Origin: Plasmodiophora brassicae
Taxonomy: Eukaryota
NCBI GenBank assembly: GCA_036867785.1
Contig: CP145425.1
Coordinates: 310,001 to 374,000, forward strand
Direction: 5' to 3'
Length of the DNA stretch: 64,000 nucleotides
Position 1 is the stretch's first letter, and each line of letters opens with the position of its first letter. The notes under the pieces were generated by a model that worked only from the letters and a program-made list of their open reading frames with translations, was not told the origin of the DNA and made no database searches. The position numbers were made by a program, and so were the translations under genes. Positions 63,420 through 64,000 of this stretch are shown in pieces.

Positions 63420-64000
63420 TCAGTACGTGTCGTTGGACTTGCAGCTGGCGCACGAGAAGAACTGTTTCAGTTTCTTCATCGCCTTCTTGAATTTGCTCTG
63501 CTTTGGCGGAACCTGCAACGGGAAGGGTGTGCCGGGCTGGGCTGAGCACTTGTTGCACGTTTTCTCTTCGTCGCCGTTCGTGTACGACTCGATGGATTCC
63601 CCGTCGACGCCCTCGACGGAACTGGCAGTCGACCCCGCTGGAAGCAACTCGGGAACCTGCGACACTGGGCATTAGTGGCCGTCACGCCATGCATGCCGCA
63701 GACCAAGAGTACCGGGCACAGACCGGCCGCTTTGTACTCTGCCCGGGTCATCCGATCCTTCGGCGCTATGTGCTTGTAGCAGTCGGAGGCGCAGAAATCA
63801 GTCGGGCAGTACGGCGGGTCATTGAAGCAGTTGTTCTGGCACCACTCCTGATTGGCGGTCGACTCAGGCAAGGCAGTGCACTGATCGTACAGCGTCGCAT
63901 CGTGGCCCCGGTACGTCCCGTGCGGTCTCACGGGTTCAGATTGTTTCCCAAACGACGCCGATGAGGAAGCGCACGCGACAGGTGAAGGAAGCGAAGCGTA
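63420..64000 (-). CDS. 3' part of a Cys-rich protein (partial at window end)
   Basis: CTALPESTANQEWCQNNCFNDPPYCPTDFC motif, one probable intron, ends ...SCASCKSNDTY*. Confidence 0.55.

Overview
Gene-dense, GC-rich eukaryotic DNA with many short (~55-60 nt) GT-AG introns. A polyubiquitin with one extra Thr at every monomer junction points to Rhizaria; a plasmodiophorid such as Plasmodiophora is my inference. The window holds about 35 protein genes, including ISCA1, USP48-like, YKT6, a rhomboid, a bacterial-type MscL, Xaa-Pro aminopeptidase, SARAF, a TM-RGS protein, polyubiquitin, GatB, PI4K, a TTLL, eIF4A-III, Tubby, a Zn2Cys6 factor, WDR78, a two-repeat CNG-like channel, CFAP77-like and Src1/MAN1-like. 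Two accessory islands stand out. (1) At 31.3-34.9 kb, a nested transposon graveyard (gag-like fragment, pogo-like transposase, and a hAT element with perfect 23-bp TIRs and an 8-bp TSD) splits a three-member tandem family of unknown, PIN-like proteins. (2) At 54.8-58.0 kb, a secreted alginate-lyase-like gene is broken by a 1.3-kb insertion built from two long hairpins. Four long fold-back inverted repeats (63-190 bp arms) occur only in these islands; two of them are copies of transposon coding sequence. Other oddities are a Cys-rich pseudo-lipase, a head-to-head pair of paralogues with an unrecognised domain, and a CNG-like channel whose two repeats have different pore motifs. All family calls come from motif recognition by eye. 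No searches were run, and exon boundaries are approximate.
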